Shown in pieces: positions 20,717 through 31,667 of a stretch of 64,000 nucleotides of DNA. Each line of letters begins with the position of its first letter. Position 1 is the first letter of the stretch. Position numbers and translations under genes: made by a program. The notes under the pieces are model-generated. The model saw nothing but the letters and a program-made list of their open reading frames with translations. It was not told the DNA's origin and made no database searches. Source of the stretch: an uncultured Chloroflexia bacterium (GTDB lineage Bacteria; Chloroflexota; Limnocylindria; Limnocylindrales; CSP1-4); NCBI GenBank assembly GCA_963833225.1, contig CAWHXD010000008.1, positions 800,001 to 864,000 of the forward strand, read 5' to 3'.

Positions 20717-21709
20717 ATGGATCGATACGCGTTCACGTCGGATCCGGCATGGGTCACCGTGGGACGAGGGCTGTCGATGGGGTTTCGCCATTGGAGGGCC
20801 ACGGCCCGGGTCTGGATCCTGCCCGTCCTCGCGGTCTGGCTGGTGGCGACGCTCGGATACTCGGTGCTGTTCTCGACCTTGGAGACCAGGCTCCCCTCGC
20901 CGGCGTACGACTACACGACGTACACCCTCGACTGGGGCGGCTGGCTCGCTGCGGCCCTCCCGGTGATCCTCCCGGCATTCCTGCTTGAAGTCGGCGCCCT
21001 CAGCGCGATCAGCATGCTCGCCCAGTGGGTGTACCTCGCGCTGGCGATCGGCGGCCTCCGTGGCCGGGAGCTTTCGCCGGGCTGGGTGGTGGACCGCGGC
21101 CTGCGGACGATCGCCGGCGGCCTCCTCGTGACCCTGGTCCTGGTGATCGTGACCGGGGTGCTGCTGCTGTCGCTCGCCGGGGGACCCGGCCTCACGCTCG
21201 TCCTCGGGCTCGCCCTGGCCGTCCCCTACTTCTGGATCGCGATCCGGATCGTGTTCTGGCCGTTGGCCGTGTTCGACGGCGCCGGCATCGTCGAGGCGTT
21301 CCGGACAAGCTGGATGCTGTCGCGCGGCGCCGTCGAACGGATGGTTGGCTGGGCGCTTGCCACCATCGCCGTCTTGATGCTCGTGCGCATCGCGCTGGGC
21401 ATCGTCCTGATCCCCCTCGGGGACGAGAGCGTGATCCGCTCGGGCATCGAGGCCGCGGTCAGCGAGGCGTTCGCGGTGTTCAACCTGTTCGTGCTCGCGG
21501 TCCTGTACGAGAGCCAGCGGCGCCTCGCTGCCCCGGATCGCGGGCCGCGGCCCACGCCGATGGTCCCGGACTGGCCACAACCGACCGTGGCACCGCCGTC
21601 GCCATGGGCCGCGTCACCCGACGGCACCCAAGCGGTCGGCACGCCGCCCGCGGCGCCCGGCACCGAGCCGCCGCCGCCGGCCGATCCATGGCACCCGTGG
21701 CGCGGGTAG
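20717..21709 (+). CDS. Integral membrane protein with Pro-rich tail (paralog of 18918-19871)
   Basis: Same shared motifs as the upstream paralog; SD-like AAGGGGG before the ATG. Confidence 0.8.
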   Translation: MDRYAFTSDPAWVTVGRGLSMGFRHWRATARVWILPVLAVWLVATLGYSVLFSTLETRLPSPAYDYTTYTLDWGGWLAAALPVILPAFLLEVGALSAISMLAQWVYLALAIGGLRGRELSPGWVVDRGLRTIAGGLLVTLVLVIVTGVLLLSLAGGPGLTLVLGLALAVPYFWIAIRIVFWPLAVFDGAGIVEAFRTSWMLSRGAVERMVGWALATIAVLMLVRIALGIVLIPLGDESVIRSGIEAAVSEAFAVFNLFVLAVLYESQRRLAAPDRGPRPTPMVPDWPQPTVAPPSPWAASPDGTQAVGTPPAAPGTEPPPPADPWHPWRG

Positions 21710-21746
21710 CGGTCCGTCTTCGCGCCGTCTCCCGCAAGGACCAGGG

Positions 21747-22596
21747 TCAGCGGCGGGTCGCCGCCCGCAGGCTCGCGACCAGGGCGCCCAGCGCCGCCAG
21801 GTCCCGGCCGTCGGCGCCCGAGCGCGTCGACCAGCGCGGAGGCCACGATGACCCCGTCGGCGCCCGCTCTCGCGATCGCCCGGACGTGGGCCGGCTTCGA
21901 GACCCCGAACCCGACGGCGACCGGCACCGGTGACGCGGCCTTGACCTCGCGGACGAGCTTCGCCACGGTGGTCGGCAGCGCGGTCCTTGCCCCGGTGACG
22001 CCGACGAGCGATACGCAGTAGAGGAACCCGCCGCTGCGGGCGGCGACCGCGGCCCGCCGGTCGGGCGCTGTCGTCGGAGCGACGAGGTACACGACGGCGA
22101 TCCCGGCCTCGGCGGCGACGGCCTCGAACGGCGCGCCCTCGTCGGGCGTGAGGTCGGCGACGATGACCCCGGCGACCCCGGCCGCCGCGAGCGTCCGAGC
22201 GCGGTCGCGCCCGTCGCCGCCGCCGATCAGCTGGTTGGCGTACCCCATCGCGACCACCGGCACCCGCGGCCGTGCGGCGGCGATCCGTCCGACCAGGGCG
22301 AGCGACCGGTCGAAGGTGGCCCCGGCCGCGAGCGCCCCCTGCGATGCCCGCTGGAGCGTCGCGCCGTCCGCGAGCGGATCCGAGTACGGCAGTCCGACCT
22401 CGAGCAGGTCCGCACCGGCGTCGATCGCGGCGCAGGCAGCCGAGAACGAGGTGTCGGCATCGGGATAGCCGGCGACGACGTACGGGATCAGTGCCGCCCG
22501 GCCCTGTGCCCCCGCCTGCTCGAACGCCGCCGCGATCCGCCGGGCGCCCGCGGTGTCGTTGGTGTGCGGGACCGCGGTGGCGGCCGGTCCGCTCAT
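21747..22596 (-). CDS. trpA: Tryptophan synthase alpha (frameshift near the 3' end)
   Basis: [29 protein letters not shown] and [12 protein letters not shown] overlap with trpB. Confidence 0.93.
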
Positions 22597-23900
22597 CGCA
22601 CCCCCTCCCAGGCGTCCACGTCGGCGAACTGCTCGAGCGCGGCCATGTCCTTGTCGCCGCGACCCGAGAACCCGAGCAGGATCACGGAATCGTCGGGATA
22701 CGGCGATCGCCGGAACCTTCGAGCCCGGCGAGGAGCTTGGGCAGCGCCGCCACCGCATGCGAGGTCTCGAGCGCCGGCAGGATGCCCTCGGTCCGGGTCA
22801 CGGCGCGCATCGCCGCGATGGCCTCGCGGTCGGTCGCGGTCGCCACCTCCATCCGGCCGGCCTCGGCGAGCGCCGCGAGCTGCGGCCCGACGCCCGGGTA
22901 GTCGAGGCCGGCGGAGGCGCTGTGCGCCTCGATCACCTGGCCGTCGCGGTCCTGGAGCATCAGCGACCGGGAGCCGTGGAGGATCCCGGGCGTCCCGCCG
23001 GCGATCGCGGCGGCGTGGCGGCCCGGTCGCGATCCCGTCGCCGGCGGCCTCCGCGACCGCGAGGCGGACCGAGGGCTCGCCGATGAACCGCGCCAGCAGG
23101 CCGATGGCGTTCGACCCGCCGCCCACGCAGGCGAGCGCGAGGTCCGGCAGCCGGCCCTCGATCGCCCACAGCTGGGCCGCGGCCTCGTCGCCGATGCGCC
23201 GCTGGAGGTCGCGGACGATCGTCGGATACGGGTGTGGGCCCATCGCGGAGCCCAGCACGTAGTGGGTGGTCTCGACGTTGGTCACCCAGTCGCGCATCGC
23301 CTCGTTGACCGCGTCCTTGAGCGTCGCGGTGCCCGAGGTGACCGACCGGACCTCGGCGCCGAGGGCCCGCATCCGGAGCACGTTCGGGCGCCTGGCGGCG
23401 GATGTCCTCCTCGCCCATGAACACCACGCAGGGCAGCCCGAGCAGGGCGCAGGCGGTGGCGGTGGCGACGCCGTGCTGGCCGGCGCCGGTCTCCGCGATC
23501 ACGCGGGTCTTGCCCAGCCGCCGGGTGAGCAGCGCCTGGCCCAGGGCGTTGTTGATCTTGTGGGCGCCGGTGTGCGCGAGGTCCTCGCGCTTGAGGTAGA
23601 GGCGGAAGCTGGGGATCTCGCGTGGTCCGGCGACCCGCGGCGGCGGCCTGGCGGCGGGCCTCGGCGGTCACGGCCTCCGCGAGCCGGTCCGCCCGGTAGA
23701 GCGCCGTGGGCCGGCCGGCGAACCGCGCCAGCAGCTCGTCGAGCTCCGCCCAGAACCGGGGGTCGTGGCGGATCGCGTCGTAGGCGGCCTCGAGCTGCTC
23801 CAGGGCCGCCCACCAGCGTCTCGGGCACGTACCGCCCGCCGAAGTCGCGCTCCATTCCCCATCGCCCGGCGGCGTCCGCCTCGAGCAGCCCCGGGTGGAC
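22593..23900 (-). CDS. trpB: Tryptophan synthase beta (frameshifted; apparently fused to TrpF)
   Basis: [54 protein letters not shown] and SGRGDKD. Confidence 0.93.
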
Positions 23901-24613
23901 GGGCGTCGGGCTCGAAGGGCACGTTGGGCCGATGTCGACGGGCGTCGCGGGCGCGCTTGACGAACAGGGCGACCCGCAGCGGCGTCCTTGCGGGGACGCT
24001 CCCCGGCGGCGCGTGGTCCCTCGGTCCCGGACGCGGCGTCGACGCCCGACGGCGGGAACGGCCAGCATCGCGTCGCCGACGTTCGCCGGGTCCAGGCCTC
24101 CGGCGAGCGTGATCGGGATCTCGCGGGCGACGGCGGCGGCGAGCGTCGGCGTCGACCCGCATCCCGGTCCCACCCGGGTGCGGACCTCCCGCCGCGTCGA
24201 GCAGGATCCCGCCCGCGCCGGCGTCGAGGTACGCGTGGGCCGCGGCGATCACGTCGTCGGCGCCGGGCGCCGGCGGCCACGCGGAGCGCCTTCCAGACCG
24301 GACGGCCGACGGCGGCGATCGCGCTCGGAGGCTCGTCCCCGTTGAGCTGGACCTCGTCCGGGTCCACGGCCGCGACGACGCGGGCCAGGACCTCGGCGGG
24401 CAGGTCCGCGGTGACCACGACGATCTTCGGGCGCGGCGCCCTCCGCGGAGGCGGCGGAACGCGCGAGGCGGGCGAGCGCGCACGCCCTCGTCGATCGAGA
24501 GCTCGCGGGGCGTGCCCGGGCGCGAAGTTGAGCCCGATGGCGTCCGCCCCGGCGCGAGTCGCCGCCAGGATCCCGGCCGCGTCGGTGACGCCGCAGATCT
24601 TGACCCCCGGCAT
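23901..24613 (-). CDS. trpF: Phosphoribosylanthranilate isomerase domain (frameshifted)
   Basis: [42 protein letters not shown] and GVDAASGTE. Confidence 0.85.
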
Positions 24614-25492
24614 CCGCGCGTCACCGCGCGAGGTCCACCGGGTGCGCGGCCGGCGCGCGGCGAAGGCCCGCGCCGCGGCGGCGGGATCGGCCGAGCGCAT
24701 GAGCGCCTCGCCGACGAGGGCGGCATCGTAGCCGGTCGCCCGCCAGCGGGCGATCGTGGCGGGATCGCGCACGCCGGACTCGGCGATGGCAAGCCGGTCG
24801 CCGGGAACCAGCTCCCGGAGCCGGACGGCGCGCTCCGGGTCCACGTCGAGCGTCCGCAGGTTGCGGTTGTTGATCCCGATCAGCCGCGCGCCGGTCGCGA
24901 GCGCGCGTCTCGATCTCACGCTCGTCGTGCGCCTCGACCAGCGGCTCCAGGCCGAGGTCCCGGGCCGCGGCCACGAGTCGCGCCAGCCGCTTCGCGGGGT
25001 GCAGCACCGCGAGCAGCAGCACGAGGTCGGCCCCGGCAGCCCGGAGGAGGTCGAGCTGCCGGGGATCGACGACGAACTCCTTGGCGAGCACCGGCACGGA
25101 CACGGCCGCGCGGACGGCGCGGAGGTCGTCGAACGGACCCGCCGAACCAGTGGGGCTCGCACAGGACGGAGATGGCGGCGGCCCCGCCGGCCTGCGTAGG
25201 CGCGGGCGCGCGCGACGGCGTCGTCGGCGGCGGCGATGGCCCCGGCGGACGGTGACGCGCGTTTGACCTCGGCGATGAGATGGAGGCCGGGGCCGCGAGC
25301 GCCGGGGCGATGGGCCGGGGGCGCGGGCGCGGCGGCGACGCCCCGGCGCAGCCCGTCGCGGCCGAGGGCGTCCAGCTCGGGGACGACGTCGGCCAGGCGG
25401 CGGGCGGCGATCTCGGCCACCACGCCGGCGGCGCGGGCGCGGGCACGCCGAGGCCGCGCCGGGCGGGGACGCGATCGATCGACCGCGGTCAC
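24614..25492 (-). CDS. trpC: Indole-3-glycerol phosphate synthase domain (frameshifted)
   Basis: [44 protein letters not shown] and LVGEALM. GTGA overlap with trpD. Confidence 0.9.
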
Positions 25493-26541
25493 GAGGCACC
25501 CTCCGCGATCCTCGGCCGCATCCGCGGCCTTGCGCTCCTCGCGGAGCCGGCCCAGCAGCTCCTCGGCCAAGCCGGCATCGATCGCCAGCGACGCTCGGTC
25601 GATCCCCTCCTCCAGCGTGTCCGACGCGCCCCGCGACCAGCAGCGCCGCGCCGGCGTTGAGCAGCACCACGTCCCGGCGCGCGCCGGGCTCGCCGCGGAG
25701 CACGTCCTCGACCATCCTCGCGTTGACGTCCGCGGTGCCGCCGGCCAGCTTCGCGGTCGCGCGCGCGCCGAAAGCCGAGCTCCGTCGCCCGGACCTCGCG
25801 GCGGCTGATGCCGTCGGGCCCCACGTCGTAGAGCACGCCGGAGTCGTCGAGCGGCAGCTCGTCCACGCCGTCGCCGTGGATCACGAACGTCCGCTCCGTG
25901 CCCAGGCGCGCGGCGACCTCCGCGATCCGCGGGGCCGCCTCCGCCACGCCCACGCCGATCAGCGCGCGCGTCGCGCCCGCCGGGTTGGTGAGCGGTCCCA
26001 GCAGGTTGAACGCCGTCCGAACGCCGATCTCGCGGCGGGTGGGCCCGGCGTGGCGCATGGCCGGGTGGAAGGCCGGCGCGAACAGGAACGCGAAGCCCAG
26101 CTCCCGGATCGCACGCGCCCGCGGACGCCGCGTCGTGGTCGATCCGGACACCCAGGGCGTCGAGCACGTCGGCCGACCCGGACTTGGAGGTGATCGCCCG
26201 GTTGCCGTGCTTGGCGACCGGCACGCCCAGCGACGCCACGACGAGCGCCGCGGTGGTCGAGATGTTGAACGTGCCGGAGCCGTCGCCGCCGGTCCCCACC
26301 ACGTCGATCGTGCCCTCGGGCGCCTCCACGCGCAGCACGCGCTCGCGCATCGCGGACGCGAAGCCCGGCCAGCTCATCGACGGTCTCGCCGCGCATGCGC
26401 AGGCCCATCAGCAGCGCGGCCAGCTGGGAGGGCGTCGCCTCGCCGTCCATCACCGCGCCCATCGCCAGGCGCGCGTCGTCGAGCGAGAGCGACCGGCCAT
26501 CGACGATCGCCGCGACCGCGGCCCGGACGAGCGTCGCTCAT
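25489..26541 (-). CDS. trpD: Anthranilate phosphoribosyltransferase (frameshifted)
   Basis: [25 protein letters not shown] and [13 protein letters not shown]. Confidence 0.93.
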
Positions 26542-27277
26542 CGGGCGACCGGCCGCCGGCGTCCGTCGGTCCCACCCGGCGCTCCGGGCGTCGGGCGCTC
26601 GCTGGCCGCGGCGTCCTCGCCCATCGCCATCCCGCGCGTCGCGAACGAGCCGCTCGCCGCATCGAGCGGGCCGGCCTCGCCCTCCCCGGCGAGGCGGAGG
26701 AAGTTGGCCAGCAGGTGCGGGCCATCGGGCGTGAGCACGGATTCGGGGTGGAACTGGACGCCCTCGATGGGCAGCGTCCGGTGGCGCAGGCCCATCACGA
26801 CGCCGTCCTCGGGGCTGGTCGCGGTCACGTAGAGGTCCTCCGGGAAGCGTCGCGGGATCGACGCACAGGGAGTGGTAGCGGGCGGCCGGGAACGCCCTGG
26901 GCATGCCCGCCAGCAGCCCGGTGCCGTCGTGGTGGACCTCGCTGCCTCGCCGTGGACGAGGGTGGGGGCCCGCACGATCGACGCGCCGAACGCGGCGCCC
27001 ATCGACTGCATGCCGAGGCAGACGCCCAGCAGCGGGATCCCGCGGGCTCGGCCGCGATCTCGACGGTGGCGACGCGACACCCCGGCGGAGTCCGGGTCGC
27101 CGGGCCCGGGCGAGATGACGATCCCGCGCAGGTCCTGCGCCGGGTCGTCGGCCATCGCCTCGACCTCGGCGCGGGTCACCTGGTCGTTGCGGATGACGCG
27201 CACGTCCGCCCCGCGGCCTGGAGGGCCTGGACGAGGTTGAACGTGAAGCTGTCGTAGTTGTCGATGACCAGGATCAT
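26538..27277 (-). CDS. trpG: Anthranilate synthase glutamine amidotransferase (frameshifted)
   Basis: MILVIDNYDSFTFNL, ISPGPG, GVCLGMQ, RYHSL and GVQFHPES. Confidence 0.93.
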
Positions 27278-28916
27278 CGGGCGGCGCCCTCCCGGCCGGG
27301 CGACGGCCGTCGTCCGTCGTCGGCCGCCATGGAGACGCCGCCATCGGGGCGGGCTGCCGCGGGCGCGGCCGCGAGCTCGATGGCCCGGCGCAGGGCCGCC
27401 GCCTTGTGCTCGGTCTCCTCGAACTCGCGCTCGGGGACGCTGCTGGCCACGATGCCGGCGCCGGTGTGGACGTGCGCCTGGCCGTCCTTGAGCACCGCGC
27501 TCCGGATGGTGATCGCGGTGTCCAGGTTGCCGTCGTAGCCGAGATAGCCCACGGCGCCACCATACAGGCCGCGGCGCTCGCCCTCGGCGGCCGCGATGCA
27601 GCTGCATCGCGCGGATCTTGGGCGCGCCGGATAGGGTCCCGGCGGGGAAGACGATGCGCAGCGCGTCGAGCGCGTCCAGCTCCGGGCGCAGCCTCGCCTC
27701 CACGTGGCTCACGAGGTGGAGGACGTGGCTGTAGCGCTCGACCTCCATGTACTGGCTGGTGCTCACGGTGCCCGGCCGGGCCACGCGGCCGAGGTCGTTG
27801 CGGCCGAGGTCCACCAGCATCACGTGCTCGGCACGCTCCTTGGGGTCGCCGCGGAGCTCGTCGGCCAGGCGGTCGTCCTCGGCCGGCGTCGCGCCGCGCG
27901 GCCGGGTGCCCGCGATGGGGTGGGTGGTCATCTGGTCGCCGACGACCTGGACCAGGAGCTCCGGGCTGGCGCCCACGACCTCGAACCCGGGCGTGCGGGT
28001 GAAGAAGAGGTACGGGCTGGGGTTGACGCGGCGGAGCGCCCGGTAGAGGCCGATTCCGTCGAGCGGCGTCCCGTCGGCGACGGCCGGCAGGTCAAACGAC
28101 TGGCGACGCGCCAGGACGACCTGGATGGCCTCGCCGGCGGCGATCGCGTCCTTGGCCCGCTCCACGGCGCCGATGTACTGGTCGCGCCCGAGGCTGGTCT
28201 CCACCTGGCCCAGGCTGGTCACGGCGGCCGCCTCGTGGCCGGGTCGGGTGAAGCTCGCCGTCGATCTCGGCGGCAGAAGGACGTGCCGTGCGCTCCAGGG
28301 CCTCGAAGATCGCGCGCTCCGCGATCCGGTAACGACCCTCGAGATCCGGCGCGTCCGTGTGCAGCGACGCGATCGCCGAGAGCTGGTGGCTCAGGTGGTC
28401 GAAGACGATGACGAGGTCGGTCTCGATGAAGCTCGCCAGCGGGACGCCCACCGGGTCCTTCTCGGGGAGCGGGACGGACGGCTCGAAGGCCGAGATCGCG
28501 TCGTAGGAGAGTGCGCCGACCGCGCCCCCGGTGAAGCGCGGCATCCCGTCCACGGGCACGACACGCCGCCTGGGGACGAAGGCGCGGAGGGCGGCGAGCG
28601 GGTCGGCGCTCTCGGTCGTGGTCACGGGGAGGTCCGGGCGCGTAGTCCACGACCCCTACCGGGCGAGCCGTCATGCGCGCGACCCCACCGCGACCTCGAG
28701 GAGCCGCCGCGGGCCGATGCCCAGGAAGCTGTAGCGGCCGAGGCGTTCCCCGCCCTCGACCGACTCGAGCAGGTAGGCGGGCGTGACGCCGTCATCGAGG
28801 CGCAGGAAGGCGCCGATCGGCGTCTCGAGGTCGGCCGTGCGCGTGGCGCGCAGCAGGATCGTGTCGGCGGTGGAGGCGAGGCGCTTGGCCTCGGTCAGGC
28901 TGAGCGGGTCGGTCAT
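27274..28916 (-). CDS. trpE: Anthranilate synthase component I (frameshifted)
   Basis: LLESVEGGERLGRYS, NPSPY, PIAGTRPRG, KERAEHVMLVDLGRND and FPAGTLSGAPK. Confidence 0.93.
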
Positions 28917-28935
28917 GGTGGCAGGTCCTTGAGAA

Positions 28936-29262
28936 TCGGAAACGACCAGATCGTCTCTTCCGGGACGAAAGGTCGTTGCTCCTTCCGCGGTGCCACCCAC
29001 GTTCGGCGGTGTGCCGCACTCTGACCGACGGACCGCATCCCGGCGGGTTGCCCGGCTGAGTCGATCGGCGCTGCCCTCTATCGCTGGCGCTCTGCGCCGG
29101 AGCCTACTGGTCGTCCGCGTCGCCGTGAGTGTGCTCATCGGCCGCCGCCCCGCGTTCGGTCCGGGGGCTCCCGGGTCCATTCGCCGCCGCCGCCATCCCG
29201 GCTCGCACCAGCCGCCGGGTCTCTGTCATGGCGCCTGACGGGTACTCGTCCCGATCAGGCCC
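28936..29262 (-). ncRNA. T-box riboswitch with Trp (UGG) specifier
   Basis: Stem I has TGA..GAGTA..AGAGA..GGTGCGA and specifier loop GAA-TGG-A (TGG at 29177-29179). Stem II has AGTA. T-box GTGGGTGGCACCGCG pairs with CGTCCC, followed by a terminator-like hairpin AACGACC..GGTCGTT. Confidence 0.92.
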
Positions 29263-29281
29263 TGTGTTCAGTTGTGGCGGG

Positions 29282-29311
29282 AGTCTAGGGGTGGCCGCTC
29301 GCGGGCGTCAA
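29282..29311 (-). promoter_or_regulatory. Sigma70-type promoter of the T-box/trp operon
   Basis: TTGACG, 18 nt spacer, TAGACT just upstream of stem I. Confidence 0.7.
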
Positions 29312-29363
29312 GCGCGCCTCGCCCGGGAGCTGCGCTCCGCCCGCTGGGCGCGGATCGCCGCCG

Positions 29364-30956
29364 CTACGGTCCGCACGGTTCCTGGTTCGGACACGTCATG
29401 TCCTGGTGAGGCGAGAGCATGGTGAGCGGGAGGGCGTCAGGAGCGGCGACGGGCTCGGCCAGCCAGCGAACCTCCAACTGGTTCCTCCCGGAGCGGCTCT
29501 CTCGGGTGGTCATCCACGGGCCGCGTCCGGAGATCGCGAGCAGGTCGGGCTGGCCCGGCACCAGGTGGCCGTCGACCTCGATGCCGGCGTCGGTTGCCCG
29601 AGCGTCAACCCCCAGCGATGGCAGCTCGCTCCAGGTCCGGCCGTCGAACGACTCGCGAACACGGGCCGGCTGGTTGCTGTCGATGTCCACCACGATGATG
29701 CGCGTGCCGTCGCTGACCATCCGCATCAGCTGGTTAGGCAGGTCGATCGGCTCCCACGATGCGCCGTCGGCTGACTGGAAGGCGCGCATCGACAGCCGGA
29801 TGCCGGTGCCCCGGCCGATCACGTCGCCGAAGGCCACGAGGCCATCCGCTCCCACCCCGATCGCCCCCAAGCTGATCCCGGGAGCGTCGACGGTCGCCGG
29901 CGCCCACCGCTGCCCGTCAGGGGAGGTCCAGGCCGCCGCCACCCCGGCCGGCCCAGTTGGGTCCAGCTGCGGCGTCCCGGACACCACGGCCCCGACCGCA
30001 ACCCAGCGCGATCCGGTCCAGGCCAGGTCCGTCACCGTCGCCGCGGCACCGAACGGCTCGCCGACCGGGCGTGACGTCCACGTGGCGCCCCCATCGGTCG
30101 ATCGCCACAGCCGGTCGAGCGACCCGCGCTCCAGCACGAGCACGTTGGTGCCCCCGGAGGCCACCTGCCGATCCGAGTCGCCCAGCCACGGCGAGCTCGC
30201 GTCGGTGACTGGCGTCCACGTGACCCCGTCGGAGGACCCAAACGCGACTGGCTGCCCGGGGTCGTTCTGGGCGCCGGCGAGCTCTGCCGTCCGGTCGCGT
30301 CCGGTGGCGACGAGGCGGCCTCCCAAGGAGTACACGTGCTCGACGGCGATCCCGTCGTATGGCGGGCCGCCCGTCACCTCCGTCCAATCCGCGCCATCGA
30401 GCGAGCGCCAGATCCGGCCGGTGATGCGGTCAGGCTCGAAGTCATACCCGACCGCGACGACGCCCCCACCCCACGCGACGGCATCGGTGAGGTAGTGGTT
30501 CGGACCGCTGCTGGACACCGCCTCCCGGCTCCCGACCGGCCGCCATGTCAGCGATGTCCAGGGAGTGGGCTCGGGGGTCGGGATCAGCGGCGTCGGGGGC
30601 GCAGGTGACAGCGATCCTGGCGCGCCTGCGTTGGAGGCCGCCGCGGATCCGCCGGCGGGGGCGCCACTCGACGGCGGGATCCGGTCGTCGGGCCTCCCGG
30701 CCAGAATCGCGACGGCCAAGACGGCTGCCATGGTCGCCGCGATCCCCAGCAGTGCGACCGGACCGTGGCGGGTGCCGGCGACGATCCTCGAACCCGTGAC
30801 TGGTCGCACCTCCAGTCTGGTTGCCCGCGACTCGGCTTCGGCCGCCAGGCGCGCTCGTTCGCCAAGCCGGCCCCCGACGCTGGACCCGGCAGCCCGCCGA
30901 TCGATCAGGTCGCGGAGCGCGACGTCAAATGGATCGCGCTGGGGCCCGCCGGTCAC
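29364..30956 (-). CDS. Single-pass membrane protein with extracellular Asp-box (BNR) beta-propeller; putative anti-sigma factor
   Basis: GTGA-coupled to the ECF sigma. Short N-terminal domain, TM helix, Pro/Ser linker, then six SxDGxxW repeats. Confidence 0.75.
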   Translation of the reverse strand: MTGGPQRDPFDVALRDLIDRRAAGSSVGGRLGERARLAAEAESRATRLEVRPVTGSRIVAGTRHGPVALLGIAATMAAVLAVAILAGRPDDRIPPSSGAPAGGSAAASNAGAPGSLSPAPPTPLIPTPEPTPWTSLTWRPVGSREAVSSSGPNHYLTDAVAWGGGVVAVGYDFEPDRITGRIWRSLDGADWTEVTGGPPYDGIAVEHVYSLGGRLVATGRDRTAELAGAQNDPGQPVAFGSSDGVTWTPVTDASSPWLGDSDRQVASGGTNVLVLERGSLDRLWRSTDGGATWTSRPVGEPFGAAATVTDLAWTGSRWVAVGAVVSGTPQLDPTGPAGVAAAWTSPDGQRWAPATVDAPGISLGAIGVGADGLVAFGDVIGRGTGIRLSMRAFQSADGASWEPIDLPNQLMRMVSDGTRIIVVDIDSNQPARVRESFDGRTWSELPSLGVDARATDAGIEVDGHLVPGQPDLLAISGRGPWMTTRESRSGRNQLEVRWLAEPVAAPDALPLTMLSPHQDMTCPNQEPCGP

Positions 30957-31486
30957 CGATCCACTCCCGCGAGCGAGCGCCGGAGAACGGCACGCGCCCG
31001 TGACAGTCTCGACTTGAGCGTCCCCACCGGCATCTCGAGGCGCTCGGCGATCTCCGCCAGTGCATAGCCTTCGAGATGGTGGAGGACCAGCGCGGCGCGA
31101 TCCTCGACGGCGATCTCGTCGAACGCGCGAGCCAGCGCATCGCGGTCGGCGATGGCGGCGCCGGGGTCGCACCCGGATGTCCAGCTCGGGTCCTCGGCCA
31201 AGGGCAGGGGTGCCAAGCGTGACCGCTGACGGCTTCGTTCGCGGATCCTGCGGCGGCAGCCGTTCACGAGGATCCGGTCGCTCCACGCCTCGAACCGCCC
31301 GACGTCCCGAAGTGACGGCAGCGCCCGCCAGATCGCCACCAGCCAGTCGTCGAGTGCAGCGTCGGCGTCGTCCGCGTCGCCCAGGATCGCCGAGGCCAGT
31401 CGTGCCATCCGTGCCTGCCGTTGCTCCACGAGGGCCACGAACGCGTCGACGTCCCCATCGCGGGCCCGCTCGACGAGCTCGGTCAC
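30953..31486 (-). CDS. ECF RNA polymerase sigma factor
   Basis: VTELVERARDGDVDAF, region 2 (WRALPSLRD..RFEAWSDRILVN) and region 4 (EGYALAEIAERLEMPVGTLKSRLSRAR). SD GGGAGG. Confidence 0.9.
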   Translation of the reverse strand: MTELVERARDGDVDAFVALVEQRQARMARLASAILGDADDADAALDDWLVAIWRALPSLRDVGRFEAWSDRILVNGCRRRIRERSRQRSRLAPLPLAEDPSWTSGCDPGAAIADRDALARAFDEIAVEDRAALVLHHLEGYALAEIAERLEMPVGTLKSRLSRARAVLRRSLAGVDR

Positions 31487-31667
31487 GCCCCCTCCCTTCG
31501 GTCCTTCCCCTTGATCAGAGTCAGCCGGGGTCCGCGCGGTTGCAGGCAATGATGCGCTTCGCGCAAGCGACCAACTTCTCACCCATGCCGCAGGTCGCGA
31601 CGCATGCGCCACCGATGTCGCGACCCTGGCAGTGGCGGAGCTGCGGCGTCGGTTCCATCCGGCGCGC

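Noticed and set aside
23282-26377. 1031-aa ORF suggesting TrpD is also fused
   Set aside because: It is a mosaic of frames caused by indels; trpD has its own stop overlapping the trpC GTG at 25489-25492.
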